Assembly: GCA_964537965.1 (NCBI GenBank)
Contig: CAZIDB010000005.1
Coordinates: 1-45,289, forward strand
Source: an uncultured Melioribacter sp.
Lineage (GTDB): Bacteria; Bacteroidota; Ignavibacteria; Ignavibacteriales; SURF-24
Length of the DNA: 45,289 nucleotides
Reading direction: 5' to 3'
Below the pieces are notes generated by a model, which did no database searches, was not told the DNA's origin, and saw only the letters and a program-made list of their open reading frames with translations. A program made the position numbers and the translations under genes. Numbering within the stretch: position 1 is the first letter of the stretch; each line of letters starts with the position of its first letter. Positions 18,736 to 28,537 of the stretch are shown in pieces.

Positions 18736-20519
18736 TGGAATTTTTCTGATAAATCCTTTGAGACGTTTGACCAGTATTTTCTTCGTAGGTCTGCAGAATA
18801 TTTTGAATTGGTTTTTACCTGCAGAACTGTGAGCTTGTTTTGCTTTAATGCTGATTTGAATTCAACTTTCAAATCTTTCCAGCTTGTAATGTTTATAAAA
18901 CTGCCGCCGTATGATTTAACAATAAAAGAGAAATTCAAATTATGCGGAGTGATAAAGTAATCATTAAAAACTTTATCATAGCCGGAAACAGGAAGCATCT
19001 GGAATATGCCACCGCCATTATTGTTTACAAGAATTACCACTAACGGAATTTTATATTTAAGTGAAGTTAATAATCCGTTCAAATCATAATAGAAAGCAAG
19101 ATCACCGGTTATTAATACAGTTGGTTTTTGTGAATGAGCCTGGATGCCAAGAGCAGTCGAAGTAATTCCATCTATGCCGCTTGCACCACGATTGTTGTAA
19201 ACACAAATATTCTCATCTGACTTGACTGCGAAATAATCAGTATCACGTACAGGCATGCTATTGGAAATCATCAGCATAGAATTATCAGGAAGCAGCGAAG
19301 TAATTTCTCCGATAATTCTACCCTCAAATGGAAAGTCGGCTATATCAATTATTTTTTTTCTGCTTGTTACAGAAATATTTTCCAGTTTCAAATATGTATT
19401 AAGCCAGTCATCTTCAGCTCTTTGGAAATTTTCTTTTTCAAGCGCATCAATAATGGATTTACAATAAACAGAAGGCTTCAGCCCGATTACTGCCACCGCT
19501 TTGTTTGACGGATCATACCAATCGCCAAATTCATTAACAAGATATTTTACAGAATCACTTTGCTCAAAAAATAATTCCAGTCCTTTTGAAGTTGGTGTTT
19601 TGCCAAAATGAAGGATCAATTCAGGATTCCAATTCTTTAAAAATGAATCGGTTCTTAAAAAGCCTTCGAAGTTTACAAGAATATTTTTTTTGTTGTGTTT
19701 GCCAAATCTTAACTGGGAAATTCCATCAGCTAATATAGGGTACTTTAATTTAGCGGCGAGCTTTGTACAATTTTCAGCAAAGTTAGAATCACTATAATCA
19801 GGTCCGGTAACTATCAATCCTTTTTTTGTTTGCTTTAGAAGTTTATAAAGCTCGTTAAAATCCTTTTTGCTGTAAGTGCTTTTTACATTCTCTTGAGTTG
19901 ATACAGGTAATTTAGAAGAAGAGATTTTTGATTTAATTAAATCTTCCTGTATCTCATCTGTAAATTCATTTGGTTCGAATGGTTTACGGAACGGGAAATT
20001 TAAATGAACCGGTCCCTTTGAATTTATCGTGCTTTCGTAATATGCTCTTGCGGCAATCGTCTTTAGGTTCAATAATCTTTTAACCGATAATTCTGGTAAG
20101 CCAAGATTGAAGTACCATCTTATATGATTCCTGAAAATGTTATCCTGGTTAATGGTTTGGTTTGCCCCGCAGTTTAATAATTCTGGTGGTCTGTCTGCCG
20201 TGCAAACAATCAGAGGAACGTGATGGTAATATGCTTCAATTATTGCAGGATAAAACTCTGCTACCGCCGTACCTGAAGTACTTACAATTACTACAGGACT
20301 CTGAGATGCTTTTGCCAAACCAAGAGCAAAGAAACCGCTTGATCGTTCATCAATTATAACGTAAGACTTGATAGCTTTATTTTCTGAGAACGCAATTGTA
20401 AGAGCAGTATTTCTTGAACCCGGAGAAATACATGCATACTTAACACCAAGAGAAGCTAATTCCTGGACAAACGTGGTGCACCAAAAATAATTCCGATTAA
20501 CTTTTTTTATCATTATCAA
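18732..20519 (-). CDS. menD: 2-succinyl-5-enolpyruvyl-6-hydroxy-3-cyclohexene-1-carboxylate synthase (ThDP-dependent)
   Basis: 595-aa ORF. N-terminal SPGSRNTAL and the ThDP-binding motif GDLAFYYDLNGL...NNNGGGIF. Confidence 0.9.
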   Translation of the reverse strand: MIMIKKVNRNYFWCTTFVQELASLGVKYACISPGSRNTALTIAFSENKAIKSYVIIDERSSGFFALGLAKASQSPVVIVSTSGTAVAEFYPAIIEAYYHHVPLIVCTADRPPELLNCGANQTINQDNIFRNHIRWYFNLGLPELSVKRLLNLKTIAARAYYESTINSKGPVHLNFPFRKPFEPNEFTDEIQEDLIKSKISSSKLPVSTQENVKSTYSKKDFNELYKLLKQTKKGLIVTGPDYSDSNFAENCTKLAAKLKYPILADGISQLRFGKHNKKNILVNFEGFLRTDSFLKNWNPELILHFGKTPTSKGLELFFEQSDSVKYLVNEFGDWYDPSNKAVAVIGLKPSVYCKSIIDALEKENFQRAEDDWLNTYLKLENISVTSRKKIIDIADFPFEGRIIGEITSLLPDNSMLMISNSMPVRDTDYFAVKSDENICVYNNRGASGIDGITSTALGIQAHSQKPTVLITGDLAFYYDLNGLLTSLKYKIPLVVILVNNNGGGIFQMLPVSGYDKVFNDYFITPHNLNFSFIVKSYGGSFINITSWKDLKVEFKSALKQNKLTVLQVKTNSKYSADLRRKYWSNVSKDLSEKFQ

Positions 20520-21888
20520 ATAAAGATAAGATAGGCTTGAATTTTAAATCAGTTTCTTTAACTTCCTGGGCAGGATCAGATCCATCAAGTATTCCGCCAC
20601 CGGCAAAAGCGTAAATCTTTTTCCCGATATTCAGTGCAGATCTTATGGAAACAGTAAACTCACCAAACTTATCCTTATTAAACCAGCCAACTATTCCCGA
20701 ATATAAACCTCTCGGATAATCCTCGGTTTCTTTGATAACCTGGATTGCAGAGCTTTGCGGTAAACCGCATACAGCCGGAGTCGGATGAAGTTTTTCAAGT
20801 ATATGGAAAATACTATTCTCACTATTTACCTTTATCTGAACCGGAGTCCAGAGGTGCTGAATATTTTTCAGTTTTTTAATCTGTGGTTTACTGTCGAAAG
20901 AAATCTCACATTCGTTTGATTTAAATTGCTGTTCAATAAAATCTAAAACTGTTTTATGTTCTTTTAAATCCTTTATTCTTTCAAGTAAATCTTTAGCAAA
21001 CTGTTCATCTTCATTTTCATCTTTGCCTCGTGGTGCTGAACCTGCCAATGCATCGGTAGAAATAAACTCGGGCCCAAGCTCAACAAATTTTTCCGGAGAT
21101 GCTCCGAAGAAAGAACTTTTACCAGAGTGAAAAGAAAAGATATAACAATCAGGATAGTCTTCTCTGAATGAAGAAATGAAGTTGAATACATTAGGTTCTT
21201 TTTCTATCTCGATCTCAACCATTCGCGAAAGTACAACTTTCGTAATAATATCAGACTCAATCTTTTCAAGTGTTTTCCTTACGCTTTCCTGCCATCTCTT
21301 TTTATCTTTAGGTGAATTCCCAATCAGGTGTAATACTTTGGGAGTTGAATTAAAATTTTCATGCCGGTCTTGTTTAATAAGAGCTAATCTTTTCTCGAAT
21401 TCCTCTGTAATTTTTGTATTGGATGCATCGGGCGGAAAAACAAAATTAAATGTTACATATTCCTTATTGTCAACCTTTGATAAAATAATTTTCGGAACAA
21501 ACCAATGACTGTCGCTGAAATCTTCCCAGATTGACTTTTCATTTTCTGGCAGGAATTTTAATCCGCCAACAAACAATGGAATTTTTTCGTTTACCTTGTT
21601 ATCGTTTGAAAAGAAATTCGAAAGAATTCCATTTACTTTTTTACCCGTATAAATGAATCTTGCTTTGCCGCTTTCTTTAATTGATAGAAGCTCACCAAGT
21701 GCAATAAAAGAAAATCCGGACGAAGGTTTATCCCAGTAAAAATATTTTTCAAATCCCTTTGCAATAGGATACAAATTATCAAACAGATTTATCTCTTCAA
21801 GCCTAAAGGTATAAGTGATTATTGAGTTACCGGATTTGAAAAATTTCTGATGCGCAGCCTGAAGAAAATTTATAAATTCAGTGTTCAA
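20497..21888 (-). CDS. menF: Isochorismate synthase
   Basis: 463-aa chorismate-binding ORF with HPTPAVCGLP, GLYSGIVGWF and SIRSAL...AGGGI. First gene of the men operon. Confidence 0.85.
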   Translation of the reverse strand: MNTEFINFLQAAHQKFFKSGNSIITYTFRLEEINLFDNLYPIAKGFEKYFYWDKPSSGFSFIALGELLSIKESGKARFIYTGKKVNGILSNFFSNDNKVNEKIPLFVGGLKFLPENEKSIWEDFSDSHWFVPKIILSKVDNKEYVTFNFVFPPDASNTKITEEFEKRLALIKQDRHENFNSTPKVLHLIGNSPKDKKRWQESVRKTLEKIESDIITKVVLSRMVEIEIEKEPNVFNFISSFREDYPDCYIFSFHSGKSSFFGASPEKFVELGPEFISTDALAGSAPRGKDENEDEQFAKDLLERIKDLKEHKTVLDFIEQQFKSNECEISFDSKPQIKKLKNIQHLWTPVQIKVNSENSIFHILEKLHPTPAVCGLPQSSAIQVIKETEDYPRGLYSGIVGWFNKDKFGEFTVSIRSALNIGKKIYAFAGGGILDGSDPAQEVKETDLKFKPILSLFDNDKKS

Positions 21889-22257
21889 GAGTAAATCAAA
21901 TTAGTTGTTAAATAGTATTTGTATTTCAGAATAATGATTCAATAAACAAAAGAATTAGTAACACGTCTTGTTTAAAGTACAAATGAAAACATTTATTTAG
22001 GCACATTTAAATTACTACAAAATTTTACTACAAATCAAGAGTATAAAAAAAATTCTAATCCTTATAATGAAAATTAAATTAATAAACAGATGCAATTAAT
22101 AATCATGAAAAAAAGTTTATTATTATTTGAGAACGCATGTTATCTTTGAACAGGTTTAATCGCAATACCTCTGGTACTAACAGCAAGTGAAAAATTTTTT
22201 ATTTGAAACTTAAAAACAAGTTAATTACTTTATATTAAAAATGAATGGATTGAATCT

Positions 22258-22680
22258 ATGACAGATGAGAAAATTAAAACAGCAATTGAATTATGGGGTC
22301 AGATTAACAAGGTGTATGAAAAATTTAGGAAGGCTCAGGTAAAAACTATATTTGAAGCTGATTTGACTGTTCCGCAATACGGAGTGTTGGAAGTTCTTTT
22401 AAATGAAGGTCCAATGACTCTTAAGAAAATTGGCGAAAGACTTTTTGTTAGCGGTGCAAATATAACCTGTGTTATTGATAACCTGGAGAAGGAAGGTTTT
22501 GTTAAAAGAGTGCCTTCTAATGTTGACAGAAGAATGATTTTGGCAGAACTTACAGACGATGGTAAAAATAAAATTGAAACATTGTATCCGCAAAACTCGA
22601 AGAATATATATGAAACTGCTTCAATGCTGAATACAATGGAACAGGCTGAACTACAGAATTTGCTTGCTAAATTCGATTAA
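22258..22680 (+). CDS. MarR-family transcriptional regulator
   Basis: 140-aa ORF. Winged-helix pattern LTVPQYGVLEVL...GPMTLKKIGERLFVSGANITCVIDNLEKEGFVKR...DRR. Confidence 0.8.
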   Translation: MTDEKIKTAIELWGQINKVYEKFRKAQVKTIFEADLTVPQYGVLEVLLNEGPMTLKKIGERLFVSGANITCVIDNLEKEGFVKRVPSNVDRRMILAELTDDGKNKIETLYPQNSKNIYETASMLNTMEQAELQNLLAKFD

Positions 22681-23549
22681 ACGGTAATTGTGTTTTTCTG
22701 AAATAGAATAGAAATCCACTCATCAAGTACCTTCGTCTTTACGGGCGTAAAACCTAACGATGAATATTGGTCAGTTATATCTTTTTCATCCTGTACTAAA
22801 AGACCCGAAAGTATCAGTTTACCGGAATCAGCAACAAATTTGTAAACCTCGCCGGCAATTTCAATTAGGATATTTTTGTTAATGTTAGCGCAGACAAGAT
22901 CAAATTTTTCCGGTTGAATTGATGAAATCTCGGCAAGTTTAACATCAATTTTATCCGAGACATTATTCAGCTCAATATTTTCTTTGGCATTAATAAAGCA
23001 CCATTCGTCGTTATCAATTCCTACTGCACCTGAAGCGCCAAGCATTACTGCACCAATTGCAAGAATACCGGTTCCGGTTCCTATATCAAGAACTTTAACA
23101 CCGGGATTGAGTTCCTCTTCAAGCATTCTTAGAACAAGTTTTGTAGTTTGATGTTCGCCTGTGCCAAATGACATCTTGGGATCAATAGTAATTACAAGCT
23201 GCTCCGGTTTGGGGTTATATTCTCTGAATGAAGGTTTAATTACAATCCGTTCGCTAACTTCAATAACGTTAATTGATTTTTCCCATTCTTCATTCCAGTT
23301 CTTATCTTCAAATTCGAACTCCTGAATGGAGAATCTTTCTATTACATTTTCTTTCCGCAGGTTTTCTAAAACGGATTGAACGGAATTAAGATTTATCTTT
23401 TTGTTTTCATTTACAAAAACGTTAAGCTCTTTATCTTCTTCAGTAATACCATCAATATCTAATTCCCATAATGCACCGCTAACTAATTCGGGAATAAAAG
23501 GTTCGAATGTAATTTTAAATTGTGTGAACTTTTTCATAGCAACTCTCAT
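22677..23549 (-). CDS. prmA: Ribosomal protein L11 methyltransferase
   Basis: 290-aa ORF with FGTGEHQTTKL and SAM motif I VLDIGTGTGILAI. An alternative start is the ATG at 23537. Confidence 0.85.
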   Translation of the reverse strand: MRVAMKKFTQFKITFEPFIPELVSGALWELDIDGITEEDKELNVFVNENKKINLNSVQSVLENLRKENVIERFSIQEFEFEDKNWNEEWEKSINVIEVSERIVIKPSFREYNPKPEQLVITIDPKMSFGTGEHQTTKLVLRMLEEELNPGVKVLDIGTGTGILAIGAVMLGASGAVGIDNDEWCFINAKENIELNNVSDKIDVKLAEISSIQPEKFDLVCANINKNILIEIAGEVYKFVADSGKLILSGLLVQDEKDITDQYSSLGFTPVKTKVLDEWISILFQKNTITV

Positions 23550-23555
23550 ATTTAA

Positions 23556-24548
23556 TTAAGCCTTTGGCCCGGTAAATTCAATTGAATAGATGATTCTTAC
23601 TAATACATCGCCAACTTGTTTTAACGTTTCTTTACCGATATTATCGATGGTATCATTATGTGTATGCCAGTAGTTTCTTCTTTCATCCGGAGTATTAGCG
23701 CCAACAAGTTCAGCATCAATAATATTTACAGTTCTTAACCCTACCTGGTTTAAAGGAATATGATCATCGTAAATACCTTCACCTTCAAAGTTATTAAATG
23801 ATGTTGCATTAAGTTCAGCGGCAGTTGTCCAAATAATATCTACAACATCGGGCGCATACATCATTGAGTTTGTTTCTTTGGAGAATTTTGCTTCCTTATC
23901 TCCTACAAGGTCTAACAGAATTCCGAAAGCTGGTCTATAATCTTTAGGCAGATTAGCGGCGAAATATTTTGAACCAAGTAAATAATTCTGCAGATCAGAT
24001 TCGGTTCCGTAATCTTCACCATCAAATAAAATTAAGTCTATTCCAATCTGCACCTTTTTTTCTTTTAATATTCTTGCTAGTTCAAGCAGTATTGCTACAC
24101 CGCTTGCTCCGTCGTTTGCACCTGGAATTGGGTTATTTACAAGTGCAGGATTTTTATCGTGATCCGCACGCGGCCTGCTATCCCAATGTGCACATAAAAA
24201 TATTCTATTCTTTGCATCAGGATTAAAGCTTGCAATAATATTTGTAAGATTAAGTGTTTCATCGTTATAACCGGGATAAGAAAAGTTTTGAAGAGTAACC
24301 TTATCGGCAAATTTTTTCAACTCGGTTTCAAAATATGCTAACGCTAATTGATGTGCTGTTGAGTTTGGATTTCTCGGTCCGAATGAAAGTTGCTTCTCAA
24401 TGTAACTGAAAGCATTATCAGCGTTAAAGGCAGGTAATGTTGTCATAGGTTTTAAAGAAAATTTTTGTTCAACTTCTTCTTTCGGTGTTTCTTTACCGCA
24501 GGATAAAATAAGAAGCGAAAGTAAAACTGGAATAATTATTTTTTTCAT
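23556..24548 (-). CDS. M28-family lipoprotein, glutaminyl-peptide cyclotransferase-like
   Basis: 330-aa ORF with lipobox LILSC. Metal-binding regions FLCAHWDSRPRADHD, GANDGASGVA, FDGEDYG and WHTHNDT. The HWDSRP pattern resembles the glutaminyl-cyclase branch of M28. Confidence 0.65.
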   Translation of the reverse strand: MKKIIIPVLLSLLILSCGKETPKEEVEQKFSLKPMTTLPAFNADNAFSYIEKQLSFGPRNPNSTAHQLALAYFETELKKFADKVTLQNFSYPGYNDETLNLTNIIASFNPDAKNRIFLCAHWDSRPRADHDKNPALVNNPIPGANDGASGVAILLELARILKEKKVQIGIDLILFDGEDYGTESDLQNYLLGSKYFAANLPKDYRPAFGILLDLVGDKEAKFSKETNSMMYAPDVVDIIWTTAAELNATSFNNFEGEGIYDDHIPLNQVGLRTVNIIDAELVGANTPDERRNYWHTHNDTIDNIGKETLKQVGDVLVRIIYSIEFTGPKA

Positions 24549-24623
24549 ATATATTAAATCCGATTTTATTTCTGTTCATAAAAAATTCAGGTGATAAGTA
24601 ATCACATGTTAACAAGTGTGCTT

Positions 24624-25985
24624 TCAGGAAAAATACGTTCTCTCTCTGAAGTTGACGCCAATTACTTCCTCAGCAAACTTTTTCGCTTTTTCAATATCAA
24701 TTTCATCTAATCCAACAACTGACAAAGTCAGTCTGGAAAATTCTTTTACTTTCTTAGCGAAGTCTATCATCTCATCAAACATTTCCGGTGCTACTCTCAT
24801 AAGATTTGCATACTGTACTTTGTCTGTACTGTTCAGGCTTATCGATACTTCATCAATCAAGCCTTTAAACTCGGGAGTAATATCGCGTTTATTAATTACG
24901 TTTCCATGTCCATCGGTATTGATTCTTGTTTTGCCGCCGTTAGCTTTAACGTATGCTGCAATTTCTTTACAAACCTCCCATCTAATTGTCGGTTCACCAA
25001 AACCGCAGAATACTATCTCATCATAATTCTTTGGGTCACCAATTTCTTTTATGTATGTCTCAGCAGGAGGTTCCTGGCTTTTAGTCATCTTTAAGTTGTA
25101 ACCTTTAACAGTAGCGTCACCTTTTCTATCGCAGAAAACACAATCAGCATTGCATCGGTTTGTAACATTAATATAAAGTGAATTCCGGATTTTGTAAGTG
25201 AAAGTCAGTTCCGGCAATTTTCCAATGCCGAAAAGTTTAAACGCATTTAATGAAGTTGAGTTTGCAACATCTTCAACCGAGAGGTTTTGTATCTCGGCAA
25301 TTTTCTCTGCAACTAATTTTACATTAGATGGTTCGTTTCTTAATCCGCGATGTGGAACAGGCGTCATAAACGGAGAATCTGATTCAAGTAAAAGATTATC
25401 CACCTGAATTGATTTTACTATCTCACGTAATGTGTCTGCTTTCTTGAAAGTAATATTACCGGTAAAAGATAAATAATGCCGCATTTCAATCAATTCTTTT
25501 GCGTCCTGTATAGTACCGGCAAAACAATGAAACTGACATTTTAATCCCGAGTCATTATACGATCTTATGATTCTCATTACATCGTCATTGGATTCGCGGT
25601 TATGAACTACCACGGGCAGGTTTAATTTAAGCGCAAGATTAATCTGATCTTCAAATACTTTAAGCTGTTTTTCTTTTGGAGAAAAATCGTAGAAATAATC
25701 GAGCCCAATCTCTCCAATTGCAACAACCTTTTTATTTTGAGCTAAACTTTCAAGATCATTGAGATAATTCCCATTTAAATCTTTTGAATCGTGTGGATGA
25801 ACGCCGATAGTAGCATAAATATTTTCATACTTTTCTGCAAGTGCTACTGCCTGGCTTGAACTTGCAAGGTCTGTTCCGGGTACAATTATATAATCTACAC
25901 CGTTTTCAAAACTGCGGTTAATTACTTCTTCTAAATCTTCATTAAAATTTGGATAGAAGAGATGAGCGTGAGTATCAATAAACAT
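24624..25985 (-). CDS. Fusion protein: TatD-family metal-dependent hydrolase (N-terminal) + TatD-associated radical SAM domain (C-terminal)
   Basis: 453-aa ORF. TatD motifs FIDTHAHL, GEIGLDY, VVHNRES, FHCFAG and LLESDSPF occupy aa 1-255. Then NVTNRCNADCVFCDR gives a CxxxCxxC (codons at 25131-25154), followed by FCGFGEPT. Confidence 0.8.
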   Translation of the reverse strand: MFIDTHAHLFYPNFNEDLEEVINRSFENGVDYIIVPGTDLASSSQAVALAEKYENIYATIGVHPHDSKDLNGNYLNDLESLAQNKKVVAIGEIGLDYFYDFSPKEKQLKVFEDQINLALKLNLPVVVHNRESNDDVMRIIRSYNDSGLKCQFHCFAGTIQDAKELIEMRHYLSFTGNITFKKADTLREIVKSIQVDNLLLESDSPFMTPVPHRGLRNEPSNVKLVAEKIAEIQNLSVEDVANSTSLNAFKLFGIGKLPELTFTYKIRNSLYINVTNRCNADCVFCDRKGDATVKGYNLKMTKSQEPPAETYIKEIGDPKNYDEIVFCGFGEPTIRWEVCKEIAAYVKANGGKTRINTDGHGNVINKRDITPEFKGLIDEVSISLNSTDKVQYANLMRVAPEMFDEMIDFAKKVKEFSRLTLSVVGLDEIDIEKAKKFAEEVIGVNFRERTYFS

Positions 25986-26006
25986 TTAAAACCTGAATAC
26001 ATTTAA

Positions 26007-26357
26007 TTAAATGAAATAGATTGTAATAAATACAACAGACAACAATAAACCTGTTAATATTAGCGGAATCATAGATGTGGAATCAGAATACAAATCCTCT
26101 CGAAAATAAGCAGTATTGATTTTGGATATTGGAATCTCTTCAATACTTCCGTCATTCAAAAACCTTACTACAGCATCATCTTTAACCAATCCGTATCCCA
26201 ATTCATCATCTGATAAATTCACAACTCTGCCGTCCGATAAAATTATTTTGGTAACCTTTTGATTTGGCTTGAGTTTAACTATTATAGATTCACTATAACA
26301 ACCCAAAAAGAACAAAGCAAACACATTTAAAACAAAATATTTGAAAGCGTACTTCAC
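26007..26357 (-). CDS. Small lipoprotein/membrane protein, unknown function
   Basis: 116-aa ORF with lipobox FFLGC and a C-terminal TM (MIPLILTGLLLSVVFITIYFI). It lies 7 nt downstream of the TonB-dependent receptor gene. Confidence 0.55.
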   Translation of the reverse strand: MKYAFKYFVLNVFALFFLGCYSESIIVKLKPNQKVTKIILSDGRVVNLSDDELGYGLVKDDAVVRFLNDGSIEEIPISKINTAYFREDLYSDSTSMIPLILTGLLLSVVFITIYFI

Positions 26358-26364
26358 TTTATCA

Positions 26365-28536
26365 TTAAAAAGTTACTTCTAAACTTAGCGAAATATTTCT
26401 AATTGGTGAAAGATTACCGATCATCTCGACATAATAATAATTCAAAAGGTTATTGGCATTTAAATTCATTTTGAAAGGGAGATAGTTTATAATAAAAGTA
26501 TAACCAATCCGCGCATCCCATAAATAAACAGGAACACGTTTATCTCCGTCTATTACAACGCCAAGATCTATAATCTCATTATCAATTTCTTCAACTCTGC
26601 TCCAGAATCTGAAATTCGATTCTACTTCGAACGATGCAAAAGTGTAAATTGCAGAAGCATAAAATGTATGCCTTGGTCTGTACTTAAGCATCTTTTTCTT
26701 TTCCACATCTCTTGCCCAGAGATAAGTATGATTCAAATTAAGTTTAAGCGATGAATTAAACAGTACATAATTCAATGTTGTTTCAAATCCCTGGATTCGT
26801 GCTCTTGTAACATTATCAAAGAAAACCTGTCCGTCAGTCAGATCGATTCCCGGTTCAATGAAATCATAAAATTCATTTTGAAAAGCCGAAACATCAAGAA
26901 TTAAATTATCAAGACAAACCTGGTTTATTCCAACCTCAAAAGAGTAATTATACTCAGGAATAAGCGAAGGATTTGGTTTTATTACAACTCCGCTTGCCGA
27001 AGTTTTTGTATAAGCTTCTGCAAGCGTTGGTGCCCTGAAGCCTTTGCCTGCCGATGCTCTTAATATGGTTGTTTCATAAAATTTATAATTCAATCCTATT
27101 TTAGGAGAGAATGAACTGAAGTTATCAATTGAATCTAATTTGCTGTAATCAAACCTTGCCCCGGCAGAAATTAATAACGGGAAATCAAACTTCAAATCAA
27201 TGTGTGAGTAAAAACCAAATCCGGAAGACGAGTGTTGGCTGAAAATATTCGATTTAACTTTTCCGTAACTTGCTTCAACCCCATTAATCCAGAATAAATT
27301 TTTATTGAAGTTATAAGTGGATTGAATTTCCGCGCGGCCTAAGCCGGCTCTTGAATCATCATTGCTTTCTGTTTCATCTCGCCAATGTGTATTGTAGTAA
27401 CTTACTTTTGTATTAAGCGAAAAATCATTTGAGAAAATTTTGTTGTACATAAGTCCAAGCATATATCTGTCAGAATAAACACGCTGACCCTGGTCAATAT
27501 CCCTTGGTTGTAAAGCGCTTCTTATACTTTTCCAGTAAATAAAATTGCCCCTGTTCTGGGTTAAACCGTTCGCCAAAAGAGTAACAGTATTTAAACTATC
27601 AATGTTGTAAGTCGATTTTAAGTAACCGGTGTATCGCTTTACAAAACCAGATTGTCTGTAGCTTAAATCTTCAGTTCTTGTGCCGGATAATGTGAATCCA
27701 AGTTTCCCAACTTTTTGCGAATGAGTTAAAGTAAGTCCGTTAAATGTTCTGTATTCACCGGACCAGTCCCATTCTTTGTAAGAAGGTTTATCATAAGCAC
27801 CGAAGTAAGATTTAAAGTAGGTGATTGGTTTATCAGTAATTTCTCTCGTAATAATATTGATTACTCCGCCAATTGCTGTTGAACCATATAAAGAACTTGC
27901 AGCGCCCTTTATAATTTCAATCCGTTCAAATTCTGTAACAGGAATAATTTCCCAGATAATTTCACCGGTATCGCCGGTGTATAATGGTATTCCATCTTGG
28001 GCAACTAAAACTCTAGTTCCGGCTCCTCTTGAATAACCGCTTGAGCCACGGATGCTTATCTGGTCCAAATTAATTGATACTCCCGGAACGTGTCGCATTG
28101 CTTCATCCAATGAAATAAAGTTACGATTGTTAACCTGCCGGTTACTTAAAACAAACGTACTTACAGGAAGCTCCGATATTTTTTGTTCGTGTTTACCTGC
28201 GGTTATAACTATACTCTCTGATTGAATTATCGCTTCTTCCAACCAAACATTTATTGTTATTGATTGATTTGAAATGATAATATTATTTCTGATTTCCTTT
28301 TTATATCCGACAATTGAGAATTCTAAATTATAACTTCCTGCCGGGAGATGAGAAAAACTAAAATTGCCGGAAGAATCAGTATGAGTTCCGGTTGATCTAT
28401 TCTGAAGAAAAACATTAACCCCAGAAATGGGATTCAGATTAATATCCGTTACTTTGCCGCTCAAAGAAAAATCCTGTGAGTAAATAATCGAAACAGTACA
28501 AAAGTAAATCAGGCAGATAATTTTGAACATCTTCAT
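26365..28536 (-). CDS. TonB-dependent outer-membrane receptor with N-terminal carboxypeptidase-regulatory-like domain
   Basis: Signal peptide MKMFKIICLIYFCTVSIIYS. CarboxypepD_reg-like region (LSGKVTD...PISGVNVFL), plug region (DEAMRHVPGVSI...IRGSSG) and a beta-barrel ending ...LSLEVTF. I place the start at the ATG at 28536. The track ORF extension to 28575 would overlap the upstream gene. Confidence 0.85.
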   Translation of the reverse strand: MKMFKIICLIYFCTVSIIYSQDFSLSGKVTDINLNPISGVNVFLQNRSTGTHTDSSGNFSFSHLPAGSYNLEFSIVGYKKEIRNNIIISNQSITINVWLEEAIIQSESIVITAGKHEQKISELPVSTFVLSNRQVNNRNFISLDEAMRHVPGVSINLDQISIRGSSGYSRGAGTRVLVAQDGIPLYTGDTGEIIWEIIPVTEFERIEIIKGAASSLYGSTAIGGVINIITREITDKPITYFKSYFGAYDKPSYKEWDWSGEYRTFNGLTLTHSQKVGKLGFTLSGTRTEDLSYRQSGFVKRYTGYLKSTYNIDSLNTVTLLANGLTQNRGNFIYWKSIRSALQPRDIDQGQRVYSDRYMLGLMYNKIFSNDFSLNTKVSYYNTHWRDETESNDDSRAGLGRAEIQSTYNFNKNLFWINGVEASYGKVKSNIFSQHSSSGFGFYSHIDLKFDFPLLISAGARFDYSKLDSIDNFSSFSPKIGLNYKFYETTILRASAGKGFRAPTLAEAYTKTSASGVVIKPNPSLIPEYNYSFEVGINQVCLDNLILDVSAFQNEFYDFIEPGIDLTDGQVFFDNVTRARIQGFETTLNYVLFNSSLKLNLNHTYLWARDVEKKKMLKYRPRHTFYASAIYTFASFEVESNFRFWSRVEEIDNEIIDLGVVIDGDKRVPVYLWDARIGYTFIINYLPFKMNLNANNLLNYYYVEMIGNLSPIRNISLSLEVTF

Positions 28537-28537
28537 T

